Of a stretch of DNA of 64,000 bases, positions 27,518 to 40,885 are shown piece by piece. Positions within the stretch are counted from its first letter, which is position 1; every line of letters begins with the position of its first letter. The translations under genes and the position numbers were made by a program. The notes below the pieces were generated by a model. That model was not told where the DNA came from. It worked only from the letters and a program-made list of their open reading frames with translations, and did not search any database. Source of the stretch: Bispira polyomma (Eukaryota); assembly GCA_965649765.1 (NCBI GenBank), contig OZ287753.1, forward strand, positions 55,552,001 through 55,616,000. Direction: 5' to 3'.

Positions 27518-27717
27518 TGGGTATTTCAAAATATCTGCAAATATTTTAAAAATCTTTACATTTTACCCTGAAACTGTACATAGATTACTAACGTGTAAAA
27601 TAAAATATCTCAAACATAGCTTCAATACTTATAACTTGGGATTTTAACCTTGAGCAACACAGTAGGCCACTACCTAATGACCTTTATGTGACCTTCTATT
27701 CCTAACTAGGAGAACTG
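27518..27717 (+). repeat. Split direct repeat B2 (element right end)
   Basis: Copy of 26580-26779. Confidence 0.97.
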
Positions 27718-28234
27718 AAGGGTTTTTGAACATACTTACGAAATATATAACTTTGTATGAGTACTGAAAAGTGATTTTAAATACAATTTCAGTATTTTAT
27801 TGTTAAAAATTAGAATCTATATAAAGAGACTTAAGTTACCAATAAATGAATATCGGATCTAGATGAATATTCTGCAGGCAATTAATGTCTGTCTGTTTCT
27901 GTCAGGCTTTAATGGCCAAGGGTTGTTTTTACTTCTCAAACAGCTGTTTTTCATTTCTGTTCGTCTTTAATGGCTTTGTTTTTATTGTCACTTCTGTTTA
28001 TATCAATCAATCAGAAAATTAACCAAGCATCTTTAAGCTCTATATACTTGCAGGTTGTAAAGTACATCGTCCAAATCAAAACCATATGTCGACGTGTTAA
28101 AACCAGTCGAGAAGGCTTTGCCAAGTGTTGTGCCTTCCTTGTAGTATATAATTACTGGTGGAGGTTGTTTGTATGTCATATAAAAGGTCATTCCATAACT
28201 TGGGTGAATCATTGTATTTTATTTTGCATTTTGA

Positions 28235-28700
28235 ACATGCCTTATTGATGCAGGGCATCTTCTAAAGCACAACAACAGAATCAATTGACCAATTGCGAAG
28301 TTAAAAAACATAGCCAGCTCATAAGGTATGATGTGGGGATGTACAGGGAGTGATCTAAGGGGGGTAAGCAAGTTTGAAGAGATAGGTTTTAGGTTTTCTC
28401 CTCAACCCAAAAAAGTGTTTTTAGTGATTTGAGCTCAACTTGTAGATTATTAGGTGCAGCAATTGACAAAGCTCTATACCCAGCTTTCTTGGTGGGTTTA
28501 ACAGAGCAAACAGGAAGTATCTTTCCTCTCTTGAGCTTAGAAAAGAAAATGGATGAGTAGCAAGGTAAAAGGACTGTTGAGAGACAACATCTTTGAAAGT
28601 GGTGGAATTGATTTTAAACAGTATTCGATATTGATTGGAAAGCAAATGTAATTTTTTGAGGTATGGAGAGACATTACTGTCAAAATTGACATTGGATTTA
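28235..28700 (-). mobile_element. Degenerate 3' fragment of an L2-like LINE
   Basis: Minus-strand remnants (..QYRILFKINSTTFK..) match the LHWLP..R..FK region and 3' end of L2 ORF2; homologous to 40600-40885. Confidence 0.75.
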
Positions 28701-30299
28701 TGTAGTAAAGGAATATAATATGGAACATCTCAGAACAGGATCTAGCAGGAGGGGGTAGTTCTAACAGGGGCAAAATACAGATAAGAATGATAATATGTTG
28801 TTTATCCTGTACTGATGTGTTTGTCTATCAAGTTTAATTTCGTGACTGAAGAAACAACAGAACCGGTGGCAAGTGACTTATTAGGGTAATTAATCTTCTC
28901 CCTTAGAGTTACTCTCTTACTGTTATTTTATTTATAGCCAACTGTGATGAAGAATGAGCAAAAAACTATATTTTAGGAGCTTGAGTACAACAGCTATTAC
29001 AAGTCTTTACTTATTTATTTTTTTCTTACCTGTCATTCTTATCAATGTGAAAAAAACACTGACTGTTTCTTTCCTGCAGCTTAATCCTCAACAACTTGTG
29101 AAAGTAATTTATAACCCATGTAACAATGTGTGTGTTTTTGTGATGAATTAGTCCCTGCTGCCTTTGTGTAATCATTTAATAACTCCAGGGTTACAGGGAA
29201 GGGCTGTTTAACTGATCGTTTTAGTGTCTCTCTCGTTTTTCTGTCTTGATGATGCCTCAATGGAAATATATTTATTCAAGTTTTGTCCTGACTTTAAATC
29301 TGGAAACGAGCCGTGAAATGAAAAGTAGTGAAAAAGAAGCTTTAAAAACATCATTAAAATTCTAAAATAATAAAAATTGAAAAATGAGATTTCATAGAGT
29401 AAGCTCCGAATTCTCCAAAGAATTACACTGAGAACATGGGAAATGACATTTGGGTGCATTTAATTAATTATTTAACATATAACAAACTAATATATGTCTT
29501 ACAAGTAATGGAAATTGCTATTCAACATGCCTGTTAAGCCACTATTAAGTTTATCGATTTTTAGACTTCACTGCTAATATTACTGCTAATAATTAATATA
29601 ACACATATTACTAATGAATATCAGAGGGTACTTTAATTAAACATTCATTATTCCACATAAGATATTGGTGGTGAAAGGATAAAGAGGTAGGTGTTGAATC
29701 TCAAGATTTTCAAGATACTTACAAAAAAAAGGATAACACAAGCAAGGCTGATAATAGAATGAGAGGGAGAGAGATAGAGAGAGTTCCCATAGATTACACT
29801 CGATAACAACTTTATACTCTCAGGCCTAAAGACAAACAACTCATTTGTATCCTCTGACAACAAGCAGAGGGCTACAGAGAGGTTACAGGTAACATGGCCA
29901 CTACATCAGAGTAGAGGGCAAATATAAACCTTTCACTAACCAATCCTATGGCAGCCACAAAGTGTGTCATGTGTGAATGAAATTATTATAAAAGACAGTA
30001 TGTGTATTATACTAGTTTATTACTAGTTTAGTTTAGTACCCAGGCAGTTTATTACTAGTTGATTTTCATACCAATACTAGGTCCATAGTTCTGCATATTC
30101 AATTACTTAGCAGACGCCTACATGTCATTAGCAGACCTGCAATGTTATTTATGAATCTTGCCATAAAACTTCAGGACATAAATATTTAATCCGTACCACT
30201 TTTCAGCACCATCAAAGATGCAACCAGAACACTATATTTAATCTGTAAGGCTTTGCAGTCCCATCGTAACCAGAATACTATAGCCAGCAAAAAACTCTG

Positions 30300-30985
30300 A
30301 TGTAATACCCATTTGTCTTTTCTCTGATGTTGAAAAAGATTATTGTTGCAGTATACATACTTGTTCATACTGTGTAAACTGGTGGGCGACAAATAAAGAA
30401 ATTCCCATGAAGTGTATCAATGATGATTTATTCTTTTTGTGTTGTTTTTGATTGTGAAGATGAGGATTGCACTATACTTGTTCATACTATGTACACTAGT
30501 GGACGATAATTTTCACAAACCTCTCATGAAATGCATCAATAAGAATTGGATGTACCATTTTTGTCTTGTTGTTGTTTTTTCAGATGGTAAATGTGACGAG
30601 TACAGTATAATGGAATCCCAATTTAATCAATCAATTTTGATTTATTTACCTATGTTGTTTCCTTTTTCAGATGGTAAAGATGATGATGATATATGTTCAT
30701 ACTACTTTCTTTATGCCTGTTTTTCCATATGGTAAAGATGAATATTACAGTTTACTTGTTCATGCTAGACTCCCTCCCCCCCCCCTCCACCCATTAAATG
30801 CATCAATGTTGATTTGTTAACCATTTTTTGTACCTGTAATTTTTCCAGATGGTAAAGATTATTATTACAGTTTACTTGTTCATGCTAGAACCACCCATAA
30901 AATGTATCAATGCAGATTTCTTTGCACACATTCTTTTACATGTTCTTTGTTCCAGATGGTAAAGATGATGATTACAGTGGTGATA
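30300..30985 (+). repeat. Degenerate tandem array of units containing the GPCR 3' splice site and first codons of the exon
   Basis: (y)n-cag|atggtaaa at 30584, 30671, 30849 and the real 30956; cat|atggtaaag at 30729; decayed units at ~30325 and ~30450. Confidence 0.85.
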
Positions 30986-31462
30986 ATCTATGGTCTGTGC
31001 TGGCTCCCTTTGCACACCATCACCATTATTGGAGATGTTCACTACAGCATTTGGAACTACAAGTACATCCAGCCCATCTGGATAGGGAGCCACTGGCTGG
31101 CTATGAGTAACTGCTGCTACAACCCGATGGTCTACTGTTGGATGAACTCCCGCTTTAGGAACGGCTTTAAACATGTGCTGAGGTTCTGTCCGGCCAGGCG
31201 GGAAGACAACAATGGAGACTCGGTCATTTATCGATCCAAAAACAAGTACACATGCGTGTACACCACGAAAGAGAACAGCGTGGACATGCGCAGTGGGAAA
31301 AATCGATACCGCGCCTTTCAGTCACGTGGTGCATTTGCTGAGCCTGGCTCTTCGCACAGTACTAGTAGTATGGATGGGAATGGGGACAACAAAACAGCCA
31401 ATGGATATAGGAACTCATTCAAACCTTTACAGATACCCGAGTCTTATCAAAATAACTGTTGA
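30956..31462 (+). CDS. Terminal coding exon (TM6, TM7, helix 8, C-tail) of a class A neuropeptide GPCR, luqin/RYamide/tachykinin-receptor-like
   Basis: Acceptor tgttctttgttccag|ATG (phase 0); MVKMMITVVIIYGLCWLPLH (CWxP), HWLAMSNCCYNPMVYCWMNSRFRNGF (NPxxY); Ser/Thr-rich tail; stop at 31462. Confidence 0.93.
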   Translation: MVKMMITVVIIYGLCWLPLHTITIIGDVHYSIWNYKYIQPIWIGSHWLAMSNCCYNPMVYCWMNSRFRNGFKHVLRFCPARREDNNGDSVIYRSKNKYTCVYTTKENSVDMRSGKNRYRAFQSRGAFAEPGSSHSTSSMDGNGDNKTANGYRNSFKPLQIPESYQNNC

Positions 31463-31738
31463 GACTGAGTTTGTGAAGTGTGAAAATACTTGAAATATGG
31501 ATTATGTATATCTAGGCAGTATTTCTTGCTTGTTTTTGTTTATATTTTGTTTTTTGCTCAGATTTATTTACTTTCCTGATTGAAATCAAATATATGGATA
31601 CAAGAGGATCCATCATGCATTAGTATTTGACAAAAGAAAGATTTGTTTTCTTCAAGAATGTCCCTTAATGATTATATATTGTGTATAAATTAGACCACAT
31701 AACTTTGTTGCTATCAGTGATGTAATTTCAACATATAA

Positions 31739-31744
31739 AATAAA
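31739..31744 (+). terminator. Candidate polyadenylation signal of the GPCR gene
   Basis: First AATAAA noted after the stop, followed by AT/T-rich sequence; AT-rich background weakens the call. Confidence 0.35.
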
Positions 31745-32265
31745 CTATATATATATATATTATTTTGTCTTATTCAGACAAATGCACACTTTAAAATGAT
31801 CATATATGAATATAAGCAACTTCCATCATTTGATTGTTTAATGGAAATATCTTTAAAAGCTACTTGATCTGTTAAACTTGTCTGCTGCACAAGACGTATT
31901 TCTAGATGGACTAATTTAGATGCAAACAGCAACCAGAGCCAAACAATGAAAAGGTAATTTGATGCAGAAAGTGGAGAGGTCTAGAAAAAGGGTTCTGATT
32001 ACTTCCTAAGTGAAATGATATATGGTATCGGGTAGCCATTAGCACCCTTTGGGTAGAGCTGGTGTGTAGTTAAACAGGAACCAACAGTGCAGATTGACCT
32101 TGCCTCTTTAATGGTGTTTTTGTTGTATGGGATGTGTCTGAAGAAAGTATTTCATTTAACAACACTATCTCAAACAATGACACATTTAGTTTTCTGAATG
32201 GATTACATGTCTAAGGCTTTATAGTAATCTTTTTGGCCAAGTAAATAACCCGGGTGGATGCATCA

Positions 32266-32297
<32 letters not shown>

Positions 32298-32983
32298 CAG
32301 TATTTTTTTAGGATCCTATCATGTCCTGCTGACATGTGCAAATCTCTATCTTTATTTCAAGGGTCAATGAAATCTAAAGACTCTAGAGTCATATTTTCCA
32401 AATAAACTCAAGCTCAACCCCAGATTTAACTCAAATAAGTTACTGGAACTTCATCCACAAGAAACACTTTATTTCAGAAGAGCTTCCATCACTGAATCTA
32501 AATATGCCATCAGATTTTGATCAAAATTTGGATATGGAGACCTCACTTTTAGGCTTGAATCTGAGTTGAGCTTAAAAATATTGGAGTCCAGTGAGCCATG
32601 GGGTTTTTTAGAGTTAAGCCACCTAAACGTTAATGATATTTCAATTATACTTGACACACTGTGACCATGTAGCCACTGGATTTACTGCCTGAATATACTC
32701 ACAATTACTTACAATTCATTACGTCATATAAAGAACATTCTCTACTATAGATCAATAGTCCCTTAAAGTTCCGTATAAAGATGAAGTTTTACTACAGTAA
32801 GTGATCTCACTGACCTTAGAGCAGTCAGTAACTACAAGAATTTGAATTGGGATATTTAACGTTCACTCTAGTACCTGTTTAGGTTATATTGAAACGGGTA
32901 GTTGAAAATACTGGAGGAAACATTGCATACAGTTTTACTACAAGTGATCACACTGACCTTAGAGCAGTCAGTAACTACAAGAA

Positions 32984-33238
32984 TCTGAATTGGGATATTT
33001 AACGTTCACTCTAGTACCTGTTACGTTTTATTGGAACGGGTAGTTGGAAACGCTGGAGAAAACATTGCATACAGTTTATCAAGGTTCTGCACTGAAAACA
33101 GCGGCCCACAGTAAGGAACTACCACCTTTCCCACATAGGCATCAACGGTAGTCGAACCCACGCCAGCCGATCCTAGGGGTGAGAGACCAGTTATTGTGAA
33201 GCGCAATGCTTGCTAACCACTAGGCCACCGCGGCCCCC
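32984..33238 (-). mobile_element. Young SINE with 15-bp TSD; its 3' end plus flank is tandemly duplicated at 32788-32934
   Basis: TSD cagtaactacaagaa on both sides; reverse complement of the 58691 SINE. Confidence 0.92.
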
Positions 33239-35887
33239 CAGTAACTACAAGAAAGTGAGATGTATTAGGATACAAAGGCCAGTCCATGTACCCTGTTTTA
33301 TCAATAAATGACTTTTCCCCCTTAACATCAATCCTTGGGAAGCTGTGTCCGAGATACTGTACAAAGTAGAAATTTTAGGTGGATAAAAATTTCAAATTTG
33401 TGAGAGATGAAGAGATCACTTGAATCAATTTTTACTATTGATTTTTAGTTAGATGAAATAACAATACAAGTTCAAATTGTAGCTGGCAATAAATTTTTAC
33501 AATCCAAACTGATTTGCAAAAATAACAGAATTATTTCTGATTGAAAGTATGGGCTAGCACAGTATTGCAGCCCTCATGTTTCAGTTTTTAGCTAGCTATC
33601 TGGAATAACATTTAGAAATCTTTGTTAGGTAGTCATCAGCCATCAAAAATCCATTTTGAAACAACATTGTTTTGCATCCGCACTACCGAGTTTCACTTTC
33701 ACAGTACAAAGTCACAAAGCAACATTTTTATACAGGGGAGGAAAATATAATATTTTTAGAGAACCATGAAGTTATATCATCTACTGTATCATCTGTAACT
33801 GTCCATTGTGTTATTATTATATTATACACGTTATGATGTTTTGACTGAACGTATCACATTAAAATCAGTTACCTTCCAACATATATGGAATGTGTTGTAT
33901 TGTGTTCAAATAGAGTGAATCCCAGTAGATTTAAATCAGTAATATACCTTTGTCAAACTACTCAAGTATAGCAAACCAGCACCAGTAACTGCCATTCTCC
34001 AAACAAAATACAGTCTTCAGAATGACTATTTATCAACTTCCCTAAGGATTGCTAACCTGCCACTGGGGATAGGAATTACTGACAGCTAGTCATCAGATTC
34101 ACTGGTGACCTTTCTTTGTCATATATATGTTAAAGTTATATCATTATATATGGTCAAACATGTATGGCATTGCCAATGAATTGGTAGCCTCAAATCCAAA
34201 TCCCAAACATTTTGAAAACCTGGTCTCTTGACAGAACTTCACAGCAAGGCAAACCTGGTTATAATGAAGAGTTTTTTTATATAAAAGGGGTCATTATAGA
34301 AGGGTGATCCTCTAGAAAGTGAAATGCCAGTCTGACGGTATGTAACAATCATTAATACTATGAAGGTTAATAAAAATTGCATGTATTCTCCAGCAAAACA
34401 ATGGTAGCATTAAAAGAAACAACACTTTGCCTGATAACTCACCATTCCCTCCAAGTGAAGAGATTTTCAGCTTATTTGGATTTATTTACACCACTTTCTG
34501 CTTAATATTAAATAATATACCAGAGAAATTTCTCAGTGGAGGAAAAACTAGACCTACATTGGAAAACCATCAAACATATGGCGAGTATCCGACATACTTT
34601 ACCAATAAAACGGGAAAGCAGTAGAACCACCTTAGTCTTCAGAGATGACAGTCAAGTAAGTGTAAAATAGGTGGACGTTTCTCAGTATAACTGTAGGTCA
34701 CGGACATTGGGTTGATAATGATCCATGTAGTAAGGCCGCTGAAAGCCTATAATGCCGTGCAGCATTATGTTATTATACTTTGAATATTGAGTACAAAGAC
34801 GGAAGTGATTAAATACAGACACAGGAAATTCCCTGTCCTAAAATAACAGTCCAAAACAATGTCACAGCTGAATAAGAAGCATTAATGGATGGAATCAAGT
34901 AATTTCTATACATCTAGTAATTATATGGTTTAGCTGCAGGAAATACAGGTTCTTACATGCGCTTACATGTGAAGATAATGAAATTATCTACGACATCATA
35001 TACTGTCTGTCCACGATTTGTGACCATGCAAAAAGGCTGTGCCATTCTACTAAGTGTCCATTATTAGAAGCATACCCAATATTGTGAAAGGACACAGTCT
35101 TACAACAAAATTGCCCGGACAGAGACAGGAGAAGTGCAGATTTTTAGCATTGAAAGAATCATGGACTGGGATAAATGGGGGCTTAGTTTTCTCTACTGTG
35201 TGAATATCTTGGGGTTTAACGTTTTCTCTTTTTTTTGTGTGCCTATGATATTTCCACTGCTTCCATAGCTTTATTTGATAAACACTTGCATGGCTTTGGC
35301 AAATAAATGTCAGTGAACTGTTAGAAAACCTTCACATATTTTTACACATTTTTGTGATATCACACAGCTTAAAAAAAAGATGTGTACTAAACCAATGCAC
35401 ATTTTTCTTCTGAATCATTTCTTAGGCAAGTTCCATATATGTATCTAAATTATCACTAGGTGAATCAGCAGCCATTAAGGGCAATGGTGGTCTATAGAAA
35501 CCAATCAGAGACAGGACGACACAGCTAAACCAGCTCAACAACTGGTTCAAGCCTGGATCTCAGTGATTTGACTACTAAATTTTTAGTTGGACTGGTGTTA
35601 GTTGTTTTGGATTGCCCACTGATATGAACACAGGTAATTCGAAGTATATGATGTGTAGTGGTAACACACTTTCCTCCCACATCTGCCATTATGGGTTCGA
35701 ATCCAAGTGCCAAGCCAATCCAAAAACTTTGACCTACCATGTTGTGCTGCTTTCCTCTACCAGTGAATTGGCTATCAGGATATGACAAAAACATTTTTAA
35801 ACGTTAAAGCCAAATTGACCAAACTAACTTTAGAAAATTAAGCAAAGAATGGAATACCTTGCTTCCTGAGCTACTACATCAACTAAA

Positions 35888-36090
35888 GAGGCTCCGGTTG
35901 CCTGGTGATTATAATCATCTGCTTTAATATCACGAGTCTCTCACATCTGAGGTCAATGAGATCAAACGCAACTGCTTCCTTCATATGGGAAAGTATGTCA
36001 GGTACTTGCTTTACGTCAGTGGTTTCCAGTGCATATAGTGCTGGTTCTCTCCACTATTAAATCTGGCCGCCATCACAATATAACCACAAA
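35888..36090 (+). mobile_element. Old SINE copy
   Basis: Decayed tRNA head and core gggaaagtatgtcaggtacttgc...ccactattaaatctggccgcc. Confidence 0.7.
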
Positions 36091-39000
36091 GGTGACACAT
36101 AACCAGTAACAGAGGTTTAACCTTTTGGTTGGGGATGAAACAAGGTAGAGATTATACACAGCAAAAACACAGCTCTGAAAATAGAGGAACACTTATTATA
36201 AATACATATGAATTATTGAATCGTAGCTACTATTAGACATTCCAACTGGTGCATAATTTGGAATAATATTAGAAGAACCAACAAAAAAGTTTACCAAAAC
36301 TAATAAAATGGAGGATAGACTGATTGATTGTGCCATTGGTGTTCTACTTTTTCGCAGAAGGAATATATATAGTAGCATCCCCAACAATAATTAAAACACT
36401 GTTGCCATACAGCAAAAAGGGTAGTAACAGGTAAGATCAACAGTGAAAGCGACAGTATCAAAGTCACCTATATCCATTACATTGTTCAACCAGTTATGGT
36501 AACTAAAGTTTGAATATTGTTTAAATTTAATTTATTTTACATTTAAAAGTCATCTTCCTGCTACAATGTTATTTATAGACTGCAGTAAATGTAAACACAT
36601 GACACTTTTACATTTTGTAGAACTATGTAATAAATAGGTACTAGCATGGGTGACATTTTAACATTCAAAATATAACCACTAAAAGTAATGTCATTTGACC
36701 TTCTTTAGCTAGAAATGAATACCATAAAAAATAGAAATACCACCAGTAGAGGGGAAATGCACAGGAACTACAAAAAAAAAGAAAATTTCTCATTTCCATA
36801 TTTATAGAAATCAATCAGTTACGACTTTGCTTTATTATTTTCCTTTTATTACTTTCATTTTGGGGCAAATGACTCACTTTATACCATAATATTTATTGCA
36901 ATTTTCTATTTCGGAAAAATTGTGTGTACTGTTGATTGCTTATTTCTTACCTTCTAAGAAATCAAAGTGACCCCGTGCTAGAAATTTCTGATTTGCTTCT
37001 TCTTCAAAAACTTATGACAGCAAGTAGCATAATTAAAGATTGTCATGCATACTGTTGTATTGTTGAGAAGTCAACAAGTTAATCACAATCTCACCATACA
37101 TTACTTTCAAATGACAGCTCTTCTAAGAATCATTAAAACCCAGCCAGCACACAAGTGAAACCTAGAAATGCTTTAAATCTAAATCTTTCATGTGGAAATC
37201 CCAGGATTCTGACATGAACGACTAGGGGTAATTTACAACTCTGAAATTCATTGCTATTTAGCACAAACCTCTTCCGAAATAAATTTAGGGAAATGCCTTC
37301 AAACCTTTCATTCAGTAAAGAGAGTGACATCAGTTCCATTCCATTTTATGGGCCAGAAGGTAGTGTTCAATTACATACGATTAGAAAATAATGATTTATT
37401 TTCTGTCTATTGGTTTGTCTGTGTTTTTATTTATATGATTGTTTGGGTACTGAAATTACAAGAAAAACTACTAAACCGATTTACTTAAAATTTATCAGAC
37501 ATATGGGAGCAAAAACAGATCTTTTAAATTTTGGAGCAGATCTAAGTAGAAGGACTCATCCAGGAATTTATTCACATTTTGGCACTGTGGTGCCCTGACA
37601 GAGTTTTGTAACTGGATTTTTATTTTATTAGTGGAGAATAATGTGCTCTATTAATCTATGGTTATCTCATCATTACAATAAACTATGCTCAGTAGAGAAT
37701 ATACCTTGACATTGGTGAGAGACCAGTAATTTTGAATCGAACGATTCTAACCACTACGCCACTGCGGCCTAGAGAGTAGAAGGTTAATAAGAAGGTACAA
37801 ATGCAATGACTAGATCCTTTATCGAAGTCAAATATTTCCCAGAAATATAACCAGTAAAAAGATTAAAAGACACGACTTACCTAAAGTTTATATTACTAGT
37901 AGAGATGAATGTGCAGTAATCACTTGATAGTCTATGGTGTAGCTTGTTCCTTTCTTTTTTCTCTTAATGAACTCATCATTTTATATTTTTACAAAAGTTA
38001 CAATAGATAATCTATCAAGTAATAATAAAAAAAGGAGAATATATAGAAGATACATTCCTTGTTCTAAAATGATAGAACACACAAGTAAAAGCCCCAAGTC
38101 AAGGTAAAGTAGTGAAGAAGAAAAAATAACAATCGTGAAAAATATATTTATATTACATCTGACCAGCTGCCATATCAAGTAGTTAGGGTTACGCAACATA
38201 TATATTGTCATGATGACTCAATTTATTTCTGGGAGGGAAATCTACCCCTGGATCTCCGGTAAATAAATGACTATAAACTGCTGAATTCTAAGACATATTG
38301 TTTTTGCGTCTTTCAATCAACTCTTGCACATTGCAACTTATTTTTGGTATTGTCAGTTGCTGAACCGCAACAAAATTCTAAAGAATATCAACCACTGGCT
38401 TTTTTTTTTTGTTATGCTGGGACATATCAAATTTTGACTCTTAAGATCTTTTTCCACATGGTCCAAAATCCGTCGACTAATTATTCCTACATTATTGTTT
38501 TTTTTACTAACCTTTTCTCTGAGACAAGTAAAAACATAGCCCTTAATTAGCCTATGCTTCCATGTGGCCGATCCCATTGTCATCTGAATACGATAAGATT
38601 TTTTGTCAGACATCGGTTTTGCAATTGATGAATGGAAAGATTGCTTTGTTGCATAAAATTTGGCAGATACAGAAAACAATTGTACGCTTGTGCCAACATC
38701 TGATCCCATCTGACACGGGGAAGTGGCTAAACTGTCAAATATTGGGGTAAGAGATAATCGGTCATATGGAAGCATGTAAATGCTTGCTTTTCTCAACCCT
38801 CTACGTTGTCTTTCCCTTGGTTTTAGTTGATGGGAAAATAGTCTATTTCCACTTCCATATGAACACCTACAATTAGCACATCAGTATTATTAATCTATTT
38901 ATACAACATTACCATTGGCATATCTGTAGCTAACTGTCTTATGCTTTAGTCAGAAAGTGTTATTATTTCATGTTCTATTCTATTTAAACTCTGAGAGTTC

Positions 39001-39334
39001 TTAATTTAAATACTGAAGAAATTTTTTGTATCAAATTTTCTTTAGATTGAACATCTTTAAATTATTGCAGCCGCCCTGGATATGATGCTAGTCTGACATA
39101 GGTTACTTCGCCAACAAAGCCAGTACCCATTTATACAGCTGAGCACAGACAAAGGTGAAGTATGTGTTAAATACCTAGAAGAAAGGACCAACCTTCAAAC
39201 CTGCAGCAATCTAAGAACTCCAGGTCCTCCAAAATCTCATAAATGAAGAAATATCACGTCAGTCTATATGATGTCAGCCATTGCAGTCAACTATTTTTTG
39301 TTCTATATTTATTGTATTGTATTTTTACATTTTA

Positions 39335-40390
39335 ACGTGCCTTATTGATGTGAGGCATCTTTCAAAGCTCATCAACAGAATAAATTAATCAATAGAGAAA
39401 GCCAAAAACCATAGTTTGGTTGTTATAGCCCAGTCACACCTACACGTGATGAAGTCCCCCAACGTAGCAAAGCAATATAATTTAAAAAAAGGTAGTTAAG
39501 TCTTAAAGTGACGTCATATTCTCGAAGTTGCAGCCGATTGTGACGTTTTTTGTGACTATGTTAGTACTTATACGCACAAAGCAGGGGCAAAAATCGATTA
39601 CTTTACTGGTAGGATACCATTACCTTCTAATACGTAGATCTACTATACGGCTAGTTACTGGTGCGTTCTGTTACCTTCTGCTACTTAGTAAAACGTTTCT
39701 TGACTAACGGAGACGAGTGGAGAAGAACTTACTACTTACTACTACTTACTGATACTTACTACTAAGTTAAGCTTCTTATACAAACGAATGGAGACGTCCT
39801 TGAGGAACGAAGACCTCTCTGAAGATTATTTCAAACAGTTTGAAATAATCGTGGTAGCAGGCCAAACGGAGACGTTTTGGAAACGATATCATCTGTTAAC
39901 CAACGTCCGAAAATGAACGCACCAGGAATCCCACATTACCTTCTACTATCTCTCTACCAGGTTTCTAAACAATTGAAAACGTCACACACACGTAGCTCCA
40001 GCATAATCGTGGTAGCAGACCAAACGGAGACGTTTCGGGAACGATATCATCTGTTAACCAACGTCCAAAAACGAACGCACCAGGGATCTGACATTACCTT
40101 CTGCTATCTCTCTACTAGGTTTCTAAACAATTGAAAACGTCACACACACGTAGCTCCAGCATATGTAGGTGTGACTGGTCTATAGGGAAAATGTGGGGTG
40201 TACAGGTGTGGGGGTGTACAGGAGGGGACTAATTGGGATAAGCAAGTTTAAAGAGATAAGTTTTTTCCTGAACCCAGAAAGTGTTTCTAGTGATCTAAGC
40301 TGAGCTCAAGTGGGAGACTTTTCCATAACACGGGGACATTGATTAAGAAAGCTTCAGATCCAGCCCTCTTGGTGGGTTTAACTTTATCTT
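39335..40390 (-). mobile_element. Degenerate L2-like 3' fragment interrupted by a MITE
   Basis: 39335-39423 and 40185-40390 are collinear with 28235-28500. Confidence 0.7.
39426..40182. mobile_element. Non-autonomous TIR DNA transposon (Harbinger-like termini) with an internal ~158-bp tandem duplication
   Basis: tagcccagtcacacctaca / tgtaggtgtgactggtcta (1 mismatch), TA on both flanks; 39846-40002 repeated at 40003-40162. Confidence 0.85.
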
Positions 40391-40599
40391 CAAACAGTTA
40401 TCTTTATGGAGTGAAGACTTGTCCTTTTAAGGTTAGGACTTATCCTTTGGGCCCTTCCGACTTATCTTTTCAATCTTTGCATTCAAATTTATGCAAATTT
40501 TCTTGTCCTTTACAGTGGTATTGCTCTTGTCTGAAATATAAAGCCCTATGTATGAGCATGAGTCTTGGTGCAGCTTTGATATGTTTGGAGACTATTGTC

Positions 40600-40885
40600 A
40601 CAGACTATGCTCAAAAATTACATTGGCTTCCTATTCATTATCGAATTTTGTTTAAAATCAATGTCACAACTTTTAAAGCTGATGTCTCTCAACATCCATC
40701 CTATCTTGCTATTTGTCTACCCTTCAGTAACCTCAACAGAGGAAGCAGACTTTCTGTTTCCTCCATAAAACCAACAAAAGGGCTGGATCTAGAGGTTTAC
40801 CAATCACTTCCCCCTATGTTATAGAATAGGCTCCCAGTTGAACTTAGATCACTAGAAACACTTTCTTAGTACAGGAGAAAACCTG
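40600..40885 (+). mobile_element. Degenerate L2-like ORF2 C-terminal fragment
   Basis: KLHWLPIHYRILFKINVTTFK motif. Confidence 0.8.

Larger units (their letters stand above)
21573..27717 (+). mobile_element. Full-length Ngaro-type tyrosine-recombinase retrotransposon (DIRS order), disabled
   Basis: Split direct repeats A1-gag-RT/RNaseH-YR-B1-A2-spacer-B2; no methyltransferase domain after RNase H; no TSD. Confidence 0.93.

Noticed and set aside
21573-27717. LTR retrotransposon or prokaryotic integrase element
   Set aside because: Repeats are split (A...B-A..B), there is no protease or DDE integrase, and no TSD; the layout fits Ngaro/PAT-type YR retrotransposons
30902-30955. N-terminal MYQCRFLCTHSFTCSLFQ of the 186-aa ORF
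   Set aside because: Intronic pyrimidine tract; receptor similarity starts after the AG at 30955
30300-30985. CRISPR-like repeat-spacer array
   Set aside because: Eukaryotic intron; inter-repeat segments are homologous to each other, units are degenerate, no cas genes
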